A DNA stretch of 64,000 bases, from IMG/VR virus record IMGVR_UViG_3300027901_000001; one strand, written 5' to 3'. Shown here piece by piece: positions 47,225-54,204 of the stretch (positions are counted from its first letter, which is position 1; every line of letters begins with the position of its first letter). A model generated the notes under the pieces. The model did no database searches. It saw only the letters and a list, made by a program, of their open reading frames with translations, and was not told the DNA's origin. The stretch comes from a virus. A program made the translations under genes and the position numbers.

Positions 47225-47484
47225 GAACCGTTGCCGACATCGAAAAAGACATCGACCGAATCTGCGCTATTGGACGCGCCAGAATGGACGCAGCCGATCC
47301 GTCTATCAGGGGCCTGCGTCCAGCAAAAACCGATTGGATGGAGCCAGATGAACTGGATGCTCTCGGTCACCTTCAGACAGAATGGACGCTGGCTCAACCC
47401 ACACTCGCAGAGATTCGTGAGCGCGTGCGGCAAAAGCGCGCCGCTCGGCTTGCAGCAGTGAACAACGGAAGGAGGGAAGTATGA
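47221..47484 (+). CDS. Hypothetical protein
   Basis: Coupled 87-aa ORF. Confidence 0.55.
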   Translation: MRTVADIEKDIDRICAIGRARMDAADPSIRGLRPAKTDWMEPDELDALGHLQTEWTLAQPTLAEIRERVRQKRAARLAAVNNGRREV

Positions 47485-48092
47485 ATTTCACAGGAACCAA
47501 GTACCAGCGCGACCTCGATGTGAAGGAAATCGCCAAGCTGGTCCGCGCCGACATCAAGGAGGCCATCCGGAAAAAGCGGCTCCCGAAAGGTACCAAAGTA
47601 TCGGTTCGCATCAGCCGCTACTCGGGCGGCCGGTCGGTCGACGCCTACATCAAACATCTGGGCGGCGAGCGCGTCATCAACCCGGCCTGGGTAAAGTGGC
47701 ACGATGAAAATCCAAACGGATATTTCGGCGATGCCCCACCGCGCTATACAGCCACGGCCACGCACGCGCTGAAAACCGTCGCAGCCCTCATCGCGGCCTA
47801 CAACTTCGATGACAGCGACCATCAAACCGATTACTTCTGCGTCAACTTCCACTCGAACACGGAGTTCGATTACGACTTCCGCCAAGCAGATGAAGCGCTG
47901 ATCCGACGCGAGGACCTGTACGCGGACGAGAGCGAGGAAGCGGTTGAAGAAGCCGTGACAAAGGGCAGCGCAATCACCTGCACGGGCGACGATAATTGCT
48001 CGGCCTGCCAGGTGCTCAAGGCCACGCAACCGAAGCCGAAACCTCTTGTTTCATATCCAGTTTTCAATCAGCGCGAGCCGTATCGGTGCTGA
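47481..48092 (+). CDS. LPD29-like (polyvalent-protein-associated) domain protein
   Basis: 'IAKLVRADIK', 'KVSVRISRYSGGRSVD' and 'YNFDDSDHQTDYF.VNF'. Confidence 0.55.
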   Translation: MNFTGTKYQRDLDVKEIAKLVRADIKEAIRKKRLPKGTKVSVRISRYSGGRSVDAYIKHLGGERVINPAWVKWHDENPNGYFGDAPPRYTATATHALKTVAALIAAYNFDDSDHQTDYFCVNFHSNTEFDYDFRQADEALIRREDLYADESEEAVEEAVTKGSAITCTGDDNCSACQVLKATQPKPKPLVSYPVFNQREPYRC

Positions 48093-48120
48093 TTGACAGA
48101 TGCTTCTCATAGGCTATATT
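48093..48120 (+). promoter_or_regulatory. Sigma70-like promoter upstream of the UvrD-like helicase
   Basis: TTGACA-N16-TATATT. Confidence 0.6.
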
Positions 48121-48181
48121 GACATCGAAAACACCGGCATGAGCCGGATAAAACGCAGGCAAGAGCCGCAGGAGGAGATAC

Positions 48182-50263
48182 ATGAGTATCGGGAATATCT
48201 TGAGTGAAGCAAAGGGGGAAACCGTCGCCGTCGCGGACGTGGAAGCAAAGCTCCTGGACGGTCTGAATCCGGAGCAGGAGGCCGTTGTCAAGCACGACAA
48301 AGGGCCGCTGCTCGTGGGCGCGGTCGCCGGAGCCGGGAAGACACACGCGCTGGTACGGCGTGTTGGCTACCTAGTCGCCGTGCGCGGCGTGCATCCGTCC
48401 AGGGTCCTAGCCGTCACCTTCAGTAAGAAGGGCGCGGACGAGATGCAGGAACGCCTGGACGCCCTCATTGGAAAGAGCGACGCCCGGATCGGCACATTCC
48501 ATTCCCTGGCCTATGAGATTCTCCGCATGGAGGTCCCCGCGTACCGTGAATGGAAGGTCGATGACCGTAACCGCTACCGCATCTGCCTGAAGGACGCCAC
48601 GGGCTACAAGGAAATGGACTGGAAGGCCGCCGACGTGACGGTCCTGGAGCATTTCGTGTCGCTGTGCAAGTGCGATATGGCACGGCCGGAATCCGATGTC
48701 GCCGCCGCCATCGCCCAGGGCATCTACCAGAAAAATCCCAAGGCCGCGACCAACCCGCGCATGATGCTGGAAGCGTATTCACGGGCAGAGGAAATCCGGC
48801 GCGAGCGCCAACTTCTGGGCTTCGATGACATGCTCATGGAGGCTGTGGAGCTGCTGCGCGATGACAACGATCTACGTCACCGCTGGGCCAGCAAGTACGA
48901 CTACGTGCTCCAAGATGAGGCCCAGGACCAGAATCTGTGCCAGCTCCTGATGGGCGAGCTGCTGGCTCAAGACCACCGAAACTACATGCTAGTGGGCGAC
49001 CCGGCGCAGACCATCTACACCTGGCGCGGCGCGAAGCCGGAAAAGCTGCTGGGCTTCGAGAAGACGTGGGAAGCCCATCTCATCACCATGAATCGGAACT
49101 ACCGAAGCGGTACCGAAATCATAGCCGCCGCCAACCTGGCACTGGAAGCGATGGCCCCCGAAACCAAGCTCGACATGGAAATGGTCGGCGAACGCGGCGC
49201 GGGAGGCGAAATCAGCGCCACAGAATATAGCGACCTGGACGAGGAAGGGGCCTGCATCGCGGACCAGATCAGGGAACTGCTGGCCGATGGCAAGCAGGCC
49301 CGCGACTTCGCCGTCCTGTACCGGACCAATGCCCAGTCGCGTGCACCCGAAGAAGCCCTCATCAGCGCCCGCATCCCTTACCGGATCATCGGCGGGGCGA
49401 GCTTCTACGAACGCAAGGAGGTCCGAGACCTGCTTGCCTATCTGCGGCTGGCCGAAGGCCGGGGCGACCTGGACGATATCGGCCGCGCCATCAACTCACC
49501 CTTCCGGTTCCTGGGCCGTGCCTTCCTGGACCGTATCCGCGACGCTGCCAAAGAGACGAAAGTTCACAAGGGCAAGGAGGGGACCTCCTGGAGCCAAGTC
49601 GTGCGCGATGTCTGCCGCCAGGCAGGAATCCAGCGCCGCCAGGTGTATAGCGCGGAGGACTGGGCCACCATGATCGAGGACCTGAAGTTCCGGATCGATC
49701 GTGCCAAGAATGCGGAGCCAGAGACCGATACCAAGGCCGCCGGGATGCCCGCCAGGGTCCTGGAGGACATCATCCGGCAAACCCAGTACACCGAATGGCT
49801 CCAGAAGGATGAAGGTGAGGAGAGCACCGAGAACAGCCGCGTCTCGAACGTCAGGGAGATGGTCCGGGCCGCTGGCCGGTTCACGTCGGTCGCCGACCTG
49901 CTGGACTACGTGGATGACACGCTGGCCGCCTCTAAGAAGCAGCGGCGCGAGGAAGGGGACAACCCCAACAAGGTCGTTCTCTGCTCCCTGCACCGCGCCA
50001 AGGGCTTGGAATGGCCCTGCGTGTTCCTGGCCGGGGCCTCCGAGAACATCCTACCGCACGGCCGGTGCGAGGACATCGAGGAAGAACGCCGCCTGTTCTA
50101 CGTGGGCGTCACCCGCGCCCGCGATCGGCTGGCCGTGAGCTGCGTCCGTAACGTGGCCTTCGGAGCCAAGGTGCTGTTCGTAGAACCCAGTCGGTTCATC
50201 GAGGAAGCGGGCCTGATACTTCAAAAATCAAATTTCGAGGGCGAGCAGGATATGGTATCCTAA
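48182..50263 (+). CDS. uvrD: UvrD/PcrA-like SF1 helicase
   Basis: 'LNPEQ', 'AVAGAGKT', 'LQDEAQD', 'VGDPAQTIY', 'NYRS', 'LYRTNAQSR', 'HRAKGLEW' and 'EERRLFYVGVTRAR'. Confidence 0.95.
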   Translation: MSIGNILSEAKGETVAVADVEAKLLDGLNPEQEAVVKHDKGPLLVGAVAGAGKTHALVRRVGYLVAVRGVHPSRVLAVTFSKKGADEMQERLDALIGKSDARIGTFHSLAYEILRMEVPAYREWKVDDRNRYRICLKDATGYKEMDWKAADVTVLEHFVSLCKCDMARPESDVAAAIAQGIYQKNPKAATNPRMMLEAYSRAEEIRRERQLLGFDDMLMEAVELLRDDNDLRHRWASKYDYVLQDEAQDQNLCQLLMGELLAQDHRNYMLVGDPAQTIYTWRGAKPEKLLGFEKTWEAHLITMNRNYRSGTEIIAAANLALEAMAPETKLDMEMVGERGAGGEISATEYSDLDEEGACIADQIRELLADGKQARDFAVLYRTNAQSRAPEEALISARIPYRIIGGASFYERKEVRDLLAYLRLAEGRGDLDDIGRAINSPFRFLGRAFLDRIRDAAKETKVHKGKEGTSWSQVVRDVCRQAGIQRRQVYSAEDWATMIEDLKFRIDRAKNAEPETDTKAAGMPARVLEDIIRQTQYTEWLQKDEGEESTENSRVSNVREMVRAAGRFTSVADLLDYVDDTLAASKKQRREEGDNPNKVVLCSLHRAKGLEWPCVFLAGASENILPHGRCEDIEEERRLFYVGVTRARDRLAVSCVRNVAFGAKVLFVEPSRFIEEAGLILQKSNFEGEQDMVS

Positions 50264-50357
50264 GCCCTTGAATCCCCCTCGGTCGCGCTGCGGCGTCGAG
50301 TCACCCTCCTTCCAAGTCGGTAACTCAAAAAGACTCCGCCAGGCGGCCGGGGGGCTT

Positions 50358-51329
50358 TTATTTCTGCGCCAGCAGCTTCGCCCGGTGAGCGTCGAACTTC
50401 CTCTCCGGCACAAATCTCAGCTTGTACTTCTTGTCGAGACCGTACTTGTCAATTAGGTCGATCACCGTGAGAAATGATTTGGGAAAACGATAACCCTGAG
50501 CCGCCAGCTCCAGCTCCTTTGTCGGCAGGGTTCCTTCCCGATGCTTCTTAATGACCTCGGGCGTCACCCTCTCATCTTTCAGCACAAGCAGCCTCGTTTT
50601 GGGGGGCACCCTGAAGGTATCCCCCTTCATTATCCACTCCCCCTCGTCCTTGTAGATGTCCCCGATCCTCTTCAGGGTCCTATGGGCGATACGATAAAAA
50701 TCCTTGATCGGAATCTTCTGGAGAAGGTCAAGGTAAAATTCTCCGATATCCCTCTTCTTCGCTATCTCGATAGAAGCGTTCCGAATCCATTTGGCCAAAT
50801 CCCTGATGGAATTTATCCGAGGGTTTTGGCCCCGAAATAACTCCCCGTATTTCGACCGGCTCAAGTACCCATAGTCTATCGCGTGCCCGATCTTGGCCAA
50901 CGGCGAGCCCATCGGCTCCTTCTGGAGAAACATCCGAAAGTAATCCATGAAATTCATCATCACGCCGTCACGGCCAAGCCCGCTCTCGGGATCTTTCTGC
51001 CATATCCGGTAGAGGCAAATGAGGTTCTTGGACACCAGGTACTCCGGCTTTTCGTAAAGTACCCTGGTCAACTTGTTCAGCTTCGCCACGTCCTTGCCGG
51101 GCATCACCAGCATCGCGTTACGCGCCACGCCCAGAAATTGCCTCACAATTCGCCTGTCGCCGGAGATGCCCTTCACCCCTTTCAAGACTCCGGATGCCAA
51201 CTGCTTCACCTGGTCCTCGTTGATATCGTCGATGTCGGTCACCAGCCAGAAGACGCCAGGCACGTCGGCGGGACCGTAGCTGCGCTCGATGAGAAAGAGC
51301 GCCCAGTCAAGCTGCTCGGAAATTCTCAT
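50358..51329 (-). CDS. Hypothetical protein with leader-like N-terminus (MRISEQLDWAL)
   Basis: 323-aa ORF with SD GGAG. Confidence 0.65.
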   Translation of the reverse strand: MRISEQLDWALFLIERSYGPADVPGVFWLVTDIDDINEDQVKQLASGVLKGVKGISGDRRIVRQFLGVARNAMLVMPGKDVAKLNKLTRVLYEKPEYLVSKNLICLYRIWQKDPESGLGRDGVMMNFMDYFRMFLQKEPMGSPLAKIGHAIDYGYLSRSKYGELFRGQNPRINSIRDLAKWIRNASIEIAKKRDIGEFYLDLLQKIPIKDFYRIAHRTLKRIGDIYKDEGEWIMKGDTFRVPPKTRLLVLKDERVTPEVIKKHREGTLPTKELELAAQGYRFPKSFLTVIDLIDKYGLDKKYKLRFVPERKFDAHRAKLLAQK

Positions 51330-51402
51330 CCATACTCTCCAGCTTCAAACGACCCGGTAAGATATTCCGCGATGAGCATGGCCCCAGAGTATCACCCGCC
51401 CA

Positions 51403-51418
51403 CGTTTCACGTGAAACA
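51403..51418. promoter_or_regulatory. parS: parS centromere site (15/16)
   Basis: CGTTTCACGTGAAACA, intergenic, at the end of the tRNA array. Confidence 0.82.
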
Positions 51419-51420
51419 TT

Positions 51421-51497
51421 CGGCACGGGCGGCTGGGGTCGAACCAACACCAACTCGGGTCAAAGCCGAGCGCCTCTACCAATTGGGCTACGCCCGT
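51421..51497 (-). tRNA. trnQ: tRNA-Gln(UUG)
   Basis: Cloverleaf; loop CTTTGAC. Confidence 0.92.
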
Positions 51498-51498
51498 G

Positions 51499-51575
51499 TA
51501 GCACTCCCACAGGGACTCGAACCCCGATTCCCGGCTCCGGAGGCCGGTGCTCTAATCCACTTGAGCTATGGGAGC
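51499..51575 (-). tRNA. trnR: tRNA-Arg(CCG)
   Basis: Cloverleaf; loop CTCCGGA. Confidence 0.92.
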
Positions 51576-51576
51576 C

Positions 51577-51652
51577 TGGCACCCGCGAGAGGACTCGAAC
51601 CTCCAGTGACCGGTTCCGTAGACCGGCGCTCGTCCAATTGAGCTTCGCGGGC
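51577..51652 (-). tRNA. trnR: tRNA-Arg(ACG)
   Basis: Cloverleaf; loop CTACGGA; CCA encoded. Confidence 0.93.
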
Positions 51653-51653
51653 C

Positions 51654-51727
51654 TGGATCGGGTGGCTGGAATCGAACCAGCGTTGACGGCGTCAGAGACC
51701 GTTGCCCTACCACTGGGCCACACCCGA
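51654..51727 (-). tRNA. trnQ: tRNA-Gln(CUG)
   Basis: Cloverleaf; loop CTCTGAC; CCA. Confidence 0.93.
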
Positions 51728-51728
51728 A

Positions 51729-51805
51729 TGGCGTCCCATCCCGGATTTGAACCGGGGTCTCCGGATTGAGGGTCCGACGGCCTGGGCCAGCTAGCCGAAT
51801 GGGAC
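51729..51805 (-). tRNA. trnE: tRNA-Glu(CUC)
   Basis: Cloverleaf; loop CCCTCAA (C33); CCA. Confidence 0.88.
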
Positions 51806-51806
51806 T

Positions 51807-51881
51807 TGGTGCACCTGGTGGGAATCGAACCCTACATCCCCGGCGTGAAAGACCGGTCGCCTACCATTAGCAGACAGGTGC
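51807..51881 (-). tRNA. trnE: tRNA-Glu(UUC)
   Basis: Cloverleaf; loop CTTTCAC; CCA. Confidence 0.92.
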
Positions 51882-51897
51882 AAGGGAGCGTTTCGAG

Positions 51898-51957
51898 TTA
51901 GCGGCGCTGCCGCTCTCGTTCTCGCTCTACCTCGCGCTGTCGTTGCCGTCGGAACAT
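51898..51957 (-). CDS. Leader peptide for the Glu/Gln/Arg tRNA block (MFRRQRQREVERERERQRR)
   Basis: 16 of 19 codons are E/Q/R; all Arg codons are CGN. Confidence 0.85.
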   Translation of the reverse strand: MFRRQRQREVERERERQRR

Positions 51958-51966
51958 GATGCTTTT

Positions 51967-51995
51967 ACCTTGCGGCCGACCGCAGGAATTGTCAA
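51967..51995 (-). promoter_or_regulatory. Sigma70-like promoter ahead of the E/Q/R leader
   Basis: TTGACA-N17-CAAGGT. Confidence 0.5.
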
Positions 51996-51997
51996 CC

Positions 51998-52074
51998 CGG
52001 AGTCGGTAGTGGGAATCGAACCCACGGCCTCCTGCTTACCATGCAGGCGCTCTACCAGCTTGAGCCATACCGAC
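51998..52074 (-). tRNA. trnT: tRNA-Thr(GGU)
   Basis: Cloverleaf; loop ATGGTAA. Confidence 0.92.
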
Positions 52075-52077
52075 AAA

Positions 52078-52091
52078 GGCAGTCGACTGCC
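52078..52091. repeat. 14-bp palindrome, copy 4
   Basis: Exact; spacer between two Thr tRNAs. Confidence 0.85.
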
Positions 52092-52168
52092 CGGAGCTGG
52101 TGACAGGAATCGAACCTGCGTCCTTCCGCTTACAAGGCGGATGCTCTGCCAACGCGAGCTTCACCAGC
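52092..52168 (-). tRNA. trnT: tRNA-Thr(UGU)
   Basis: Cloverleaf; loop CTTGTAA. Confidence 0.92.
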
Positions 52169-52169
52169 G

Positions 52170-52244
52170 CGGAGCCCCCGGTGGGAGTCGAACCCACGCC
52201 TCCTGAGTACGAAACAGGTGTGCTGCCGTTAGCACCACGGGGAC
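52170..52244 (-). tRNA. trnT: tRNA-Thr(CGU)
   Basis: Cloverleaf; loop TTCGTAC. Confidence 0.88.
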
Positions 52245-52378
52245 AGGGAAGCGGGCGTTACCCGCCTGCTGGTCCCTGTCGTGGTGCAGTGGTGGAACCG
52301 ACAGGACTCGAACCTGCAACCTTCTGGCTGCCAGCCAGACGCTCTCCCGAGTTGAGCTACGGACCCAAACACTTTCAT
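52229..52378 (-). promoter_or_regulatory. Thr-sensing leader ORF reading through tRNA-Ala(GGC)
   Basis: ATG 52378 with SD; 50 codons; spacer codons ACC ACG ACA GGG ACC ... ACG; stops inside tRNA-Thr(CGU). Confidence 0.65.
52290..52366 (-). tRNA. trnA: tRNA-Ala(GGC)
   Basis: Cloverleaf; loop CTGGCAG; G3:U70; CCA. Confidence 0.93.
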
Positions 52379-52426
52379 CTCCGTTCCTCTCCGGACATAA
52401 GACGATTTTTTATGTCCGATTATCCT

Positions 52427-52503
52427 CAGTGGACCCGGTGGGATTTGAACCCACGACCCTCTGCTTGCAAGGCAGACGCTCTCCCTGGCTGAGCTACAAG
52501 CCC
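52427..52503 (-). tRNA. trnA: tRNA-Ala(UGC)
   Basis: Cloverleaf; loop CTTGCAA. Confidence 0.9.
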
Positions 52504-52562
52504 ATGTGCCGTTTTACCGGCGTTGTCCTCTTCTATGTCTCCGACCTCCGATTATCCCTCAA

Positions 52563-52598
52563 AAAAAATGCCCCGTTTTTCACCGCGACGGCGGGGCC
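52563..52598 (-). terminator. Rho-independent terminator-like element between tRNA-Val and tRNA-Ala(UGC)
   Basis: GCCCCG ... CGGGGC stem followed by A and an 8-T run on the minus strand. Confidence 0.55.
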
Positions 52599-52638
52599 AC
52601 CCGCCGAAACCAAACCCCGCTGAAAAGCGTGAGTCCGA

Positions 52639-52714
52639 TGGTACGGGGAAGTGGAGTTGAACCACTGGCCTCCTGCTTGTAAGACAGGCGCTCTCCCAGT
52701 TGAGCTATCCCCGC
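52639..52714 (-). tRNA. trnV: tRNA-Val(UAC)
   Basis: Cloverleaf; loop CTTACAA; CCA. Confidence 0.92.
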
Positions 52715-52715
52715 A

Positions 52716-52790
52716 TAGTGCGAGCGCCGGGAATCGAACCCGGATTTCCGCCGTGGCGGGGCGACATGCTGCCGGTTGCATCACACTCGC
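52716..52790 (-). tRNA. trnG: tRNA-Gly(GCC)
   Basis: Cloverleaf; loop CCGCCAC (C33). Confidence 0.88.
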
Positions 52791-52792
52791 AT

Positions 52793-52866
52793 CGGAGAGC
52801 CGGGTGGGAGTCGAACCCAAACCTCGACGGGGTTGCAACCCGCCTCCATCCCGGATGGACCGGCTC
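52793..52866 (-). tRNA. trnC: tRNA-Cys(GCA)
   Basis: Cloverleaf; loop TTGCAAC; U73. Confidence 0.88.
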
Positions 52867-52916
52867 ACAAGTCCGCCCGAGCTTCTACAGAGTGGGTCTG
52901 GTTTGCGTTCGTACAT
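52867..52916 (-). promoter_or_regulatory. Cys leader (MYERKPDPLCRSSGGL...)
   Basis: SD GAGGAG plus ATG; one TGT codon; reads into tRNA-Cys. Confidence 0.5.
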
Positions 52917-52927
52917 GAGAGTCTCCT

Positions 52928-53000
52928 CGGCAGGCCAGGTGGGAATCGAACCCACTACAGTCGGATTTGGAATCCGACCGGCTACCTCAGCCTCTGACCT
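52928..53000 (-). tRNA. trnW: tRNA-Trp(CCA)
   Basis: Cloverleaf; loop TTCCAAA. Confidence 0.88.
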
Positions 53001-53023
53001 ATCTCTTACTTGGCGGGCCTGCC

Positions 53024-53146
53024 TTATCGCCAAGCGAGCACGGCCAGAGGCTCCATACCGATCGCGGCAGTCGCCTCCGCACACACGACGGCCGCGCAAC
53101 CAGCGGTTGCTGTCGCGGCGACCAGGGTCGTGTAGCGCATACGCAT
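53024..53146 (-). CDS. Leader peptide for the Trp/Cys/Gly/Val/Ala/Thr tRNA block
   Basis: MRMRYTTLVAATATAGCAAVVCAEATAAIGMEPLAVLAWR; 26 of 40 residues are T/A/V/G/C/W; SD AAGGTGAGG. Confidence 0.8.
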   Translation of the reverse strand: MRMRYTTLVAATATAGCAAVVCAEATAAIGMEPLAVLAWR

Positions 53147-53152
53147 ATCCTC

Positions 53153-53180
53153 ACCTTAAGGGATCTACTGCCGTTGTCAA
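53153..53180 (-). promoter_or_regulatory. Sigma70-like promoter ahead of the W/C/G/V/A/T leader
   Basis: TTGACA-N16-TAAGGT. Confidence 0.6.
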
Positions 53181-53182
53181 GC

Positions 53183-53272
53183 CGGTGCGGGTAGCAGGAC
53201 TCGAACCTGCACGGCCACAAGGACCAGCGGATTTTAAGTCCGCCATGACTACCAAGATTCCATCATACCCGC
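53183..53272 (-). tRNA. trnL: tRNA-Leu(UAA)
   Basis: Long variable arm; loop CTTAAAA. Confidence 0.92.
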
Positions 53273-53273
53273 G

Positions 53274-53366
53274 TAGCGGAAGGGACAGGGATCGAACCTG
53301 CAAGGGACGCAATGCCTCACCCGGATTCCAACCGGGCTCCATCGCCAACCGTTGGATTGCCCTTCC
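53274..53366 (-). tRNA. trnS: tRNA-Ser(GGA)
   Basis: Long variable arm; loop TTGGAAT. Confidence 0.9.
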
Positions 53367-53367
53367 T

Positions 53368-53455
53368 TGGTGCGAGTGAGAGGATTTGCACCTCCACGCC
53401 CATAAAGGGCACCTGGGTTTGAGCCAGGCTCGTCTGCTGATTCCGACACACTCGC
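53368..53455 (-). tRNA. trnL: tRNA-Leu(CAA)
   Basis: Long variable arm; loop CTCAAAC; CCA. Confidence 0.92.
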
Positions 53456-53456
53456 G

Positions 53457-53543
53457 TGGCGGAGGACGGAGGGCTCGATCCCCAGACCTTTCGGTCCGCA
53501 CTGCTTTCGAGACAGGCTTGATCCCACGACCAATTCATCCTCC
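53457..53543 (-). tRNA. trnS: tRNA-Ser(CGA)
   Basis: Long variable arm; loop CTCGAAA; CCA. Confidence 0.88.
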
Positions 53544-53544
53544 T

Positions 53545-53632
53545 TGGCGGAAAGCAGAGGTCCTGAGCCCCACACCTCTCGGTGCACACCGCTTTCAAGG
53601 CGGGTCCGGCGCGCCTGTCCGGTTTGCCTTCC
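53545..53632 (-). tRNA. trnS: tRNA-Ser(UGA)
   Basis: Long variable arm; loop CTTGAAA; CCA; atypical T-loop. Confidence 0.85.
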
Positions 53633-53633
53633 G

Positions 53634-53724
53634 TGGTACAGGTGACTGGACTCGAACCAGCACGGGGCTCTCGCCCCACCGGATCCTGAATCCGGCGTGT
53701 CTACCAAGATTCCACCACACCTGC
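53634..53724 (-). tRNA. trnL: tRNA-Leu(CAG)
   Basis: Long variable arm; loop TTCAGGA; CCA. Confidence 0.92.
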
Positions 53725-53725
53725 A

Positions 53726-53812
53726 TAGTACGGGTGAAGGGACTTGCACCCCCACGGCCCGAAGGCCACTGGATCCTTAGTCCAGCGCGTCTGCTGATTC
53801 CGCCACACCCGC
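53726..53812 (-). tRNA. trnL: tRNA-Leu(AAG), rare A34 anticodon
   Basis: Long variable arm; stem CTGGA/TCCAG, loop CTAAGGA. Confidence 0.88.
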
Positions 53813-53854
53813 GTGCGCCAGCCCTCTATGAGCTGCTGCGGGCGCTGGGCTGGA

Positions 53855-53932
53855 TTACTGGACAGACGGGTGCGCCCGCAGCTCGATTAAAAGCAACGAT
53901 GACAGGGATAGGCTGTGGACGCAGTAAAACAT
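53855..53932 (-). CDS. Leader peptide for the Leu/Ser tRNA block (MFYCVHSLSLSSLLLIELRAHPSVQ)
   Basis: Nine consecutive, all different Leu/Ser codons: AGC CTA TCC CTG TCA TCG TTG CTT TTA; downstream of a promoter-like element. Confidence 0.85.
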   Translation of the reverse strand: MFYCVHSLSLSSLLLIELRAHPSVQ

Positions 53933-53974
53933 GGTTCTTCCGTACTTCGATTCCCGGCGGCACCCCCTCAGAGG

Positions 53975-54002
53975 ATCTTAAGCGTAGAGGGGAAAAAGTC
54001 AA
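53975..54002 (-). promoter_or_regulatory. Sigma70-like promoter ahead of the Leu/Ser leader
   Basis: TTGACT-N16-TAAGAT. Confidence 0.6.
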
Positions 54003-54003
54003 C

Positions 54004-54159
54004 CTACTCTTGGAGCTGCTCTTTTTCAGATATCCGCGCCTTGCGCTCTTGCCAGGTCTGAGACTTTAAGCCTCCTTTGGCTCCGTTCTTCTTCCACGGT
54101 TTGCACATCAGACAACCGGCCCGCCTGCTTTTCGGACGCCTTCTCTTGTGATGGCCCAC
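54004..54159 (-). CDS. Small basic CxxC protein (MGHHKRRRPKSRRAGCLMCKPWKK...)
   Basis: 51-aa ORF, GTG start with SD GGAGGT; below the ORF-track cutoff. Confidence 0.55.
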   Translation of the reverse strand: MGHHKRRRPKSRRAGCLMCKPWKKNGAKGGLKSQTWQERKARISEKEQLQE

Positions 54160-54204
54160 GGTCACCTCCAGCGGCCTCCCGCCGCGTGTAAGGGATTTCA
54201 GCCA

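Noticed and set aside
50264-50357. SRP RNA (GGAA loop)
   Set aside because: Lacks the conserved CAGG/AGCAG internal-loop motifs
51882-51960. tmRNA tag reading frame
   Set aside because: No tmRNA tRNA-like ends or pseudoknots, and no ALAA-type C-terminus; better explained as the Glu/Gln/Arg leader
52504-52560. Ala leader (ATA GAA GAG GAC AAC GCC GGT AAA ACG GCA) behind SD GGAGGT
   Set aside because: It has cognate GCC and GCA codons but only a non-canonical ATA start; too weak to list as a feature, though it fits the leader pattern
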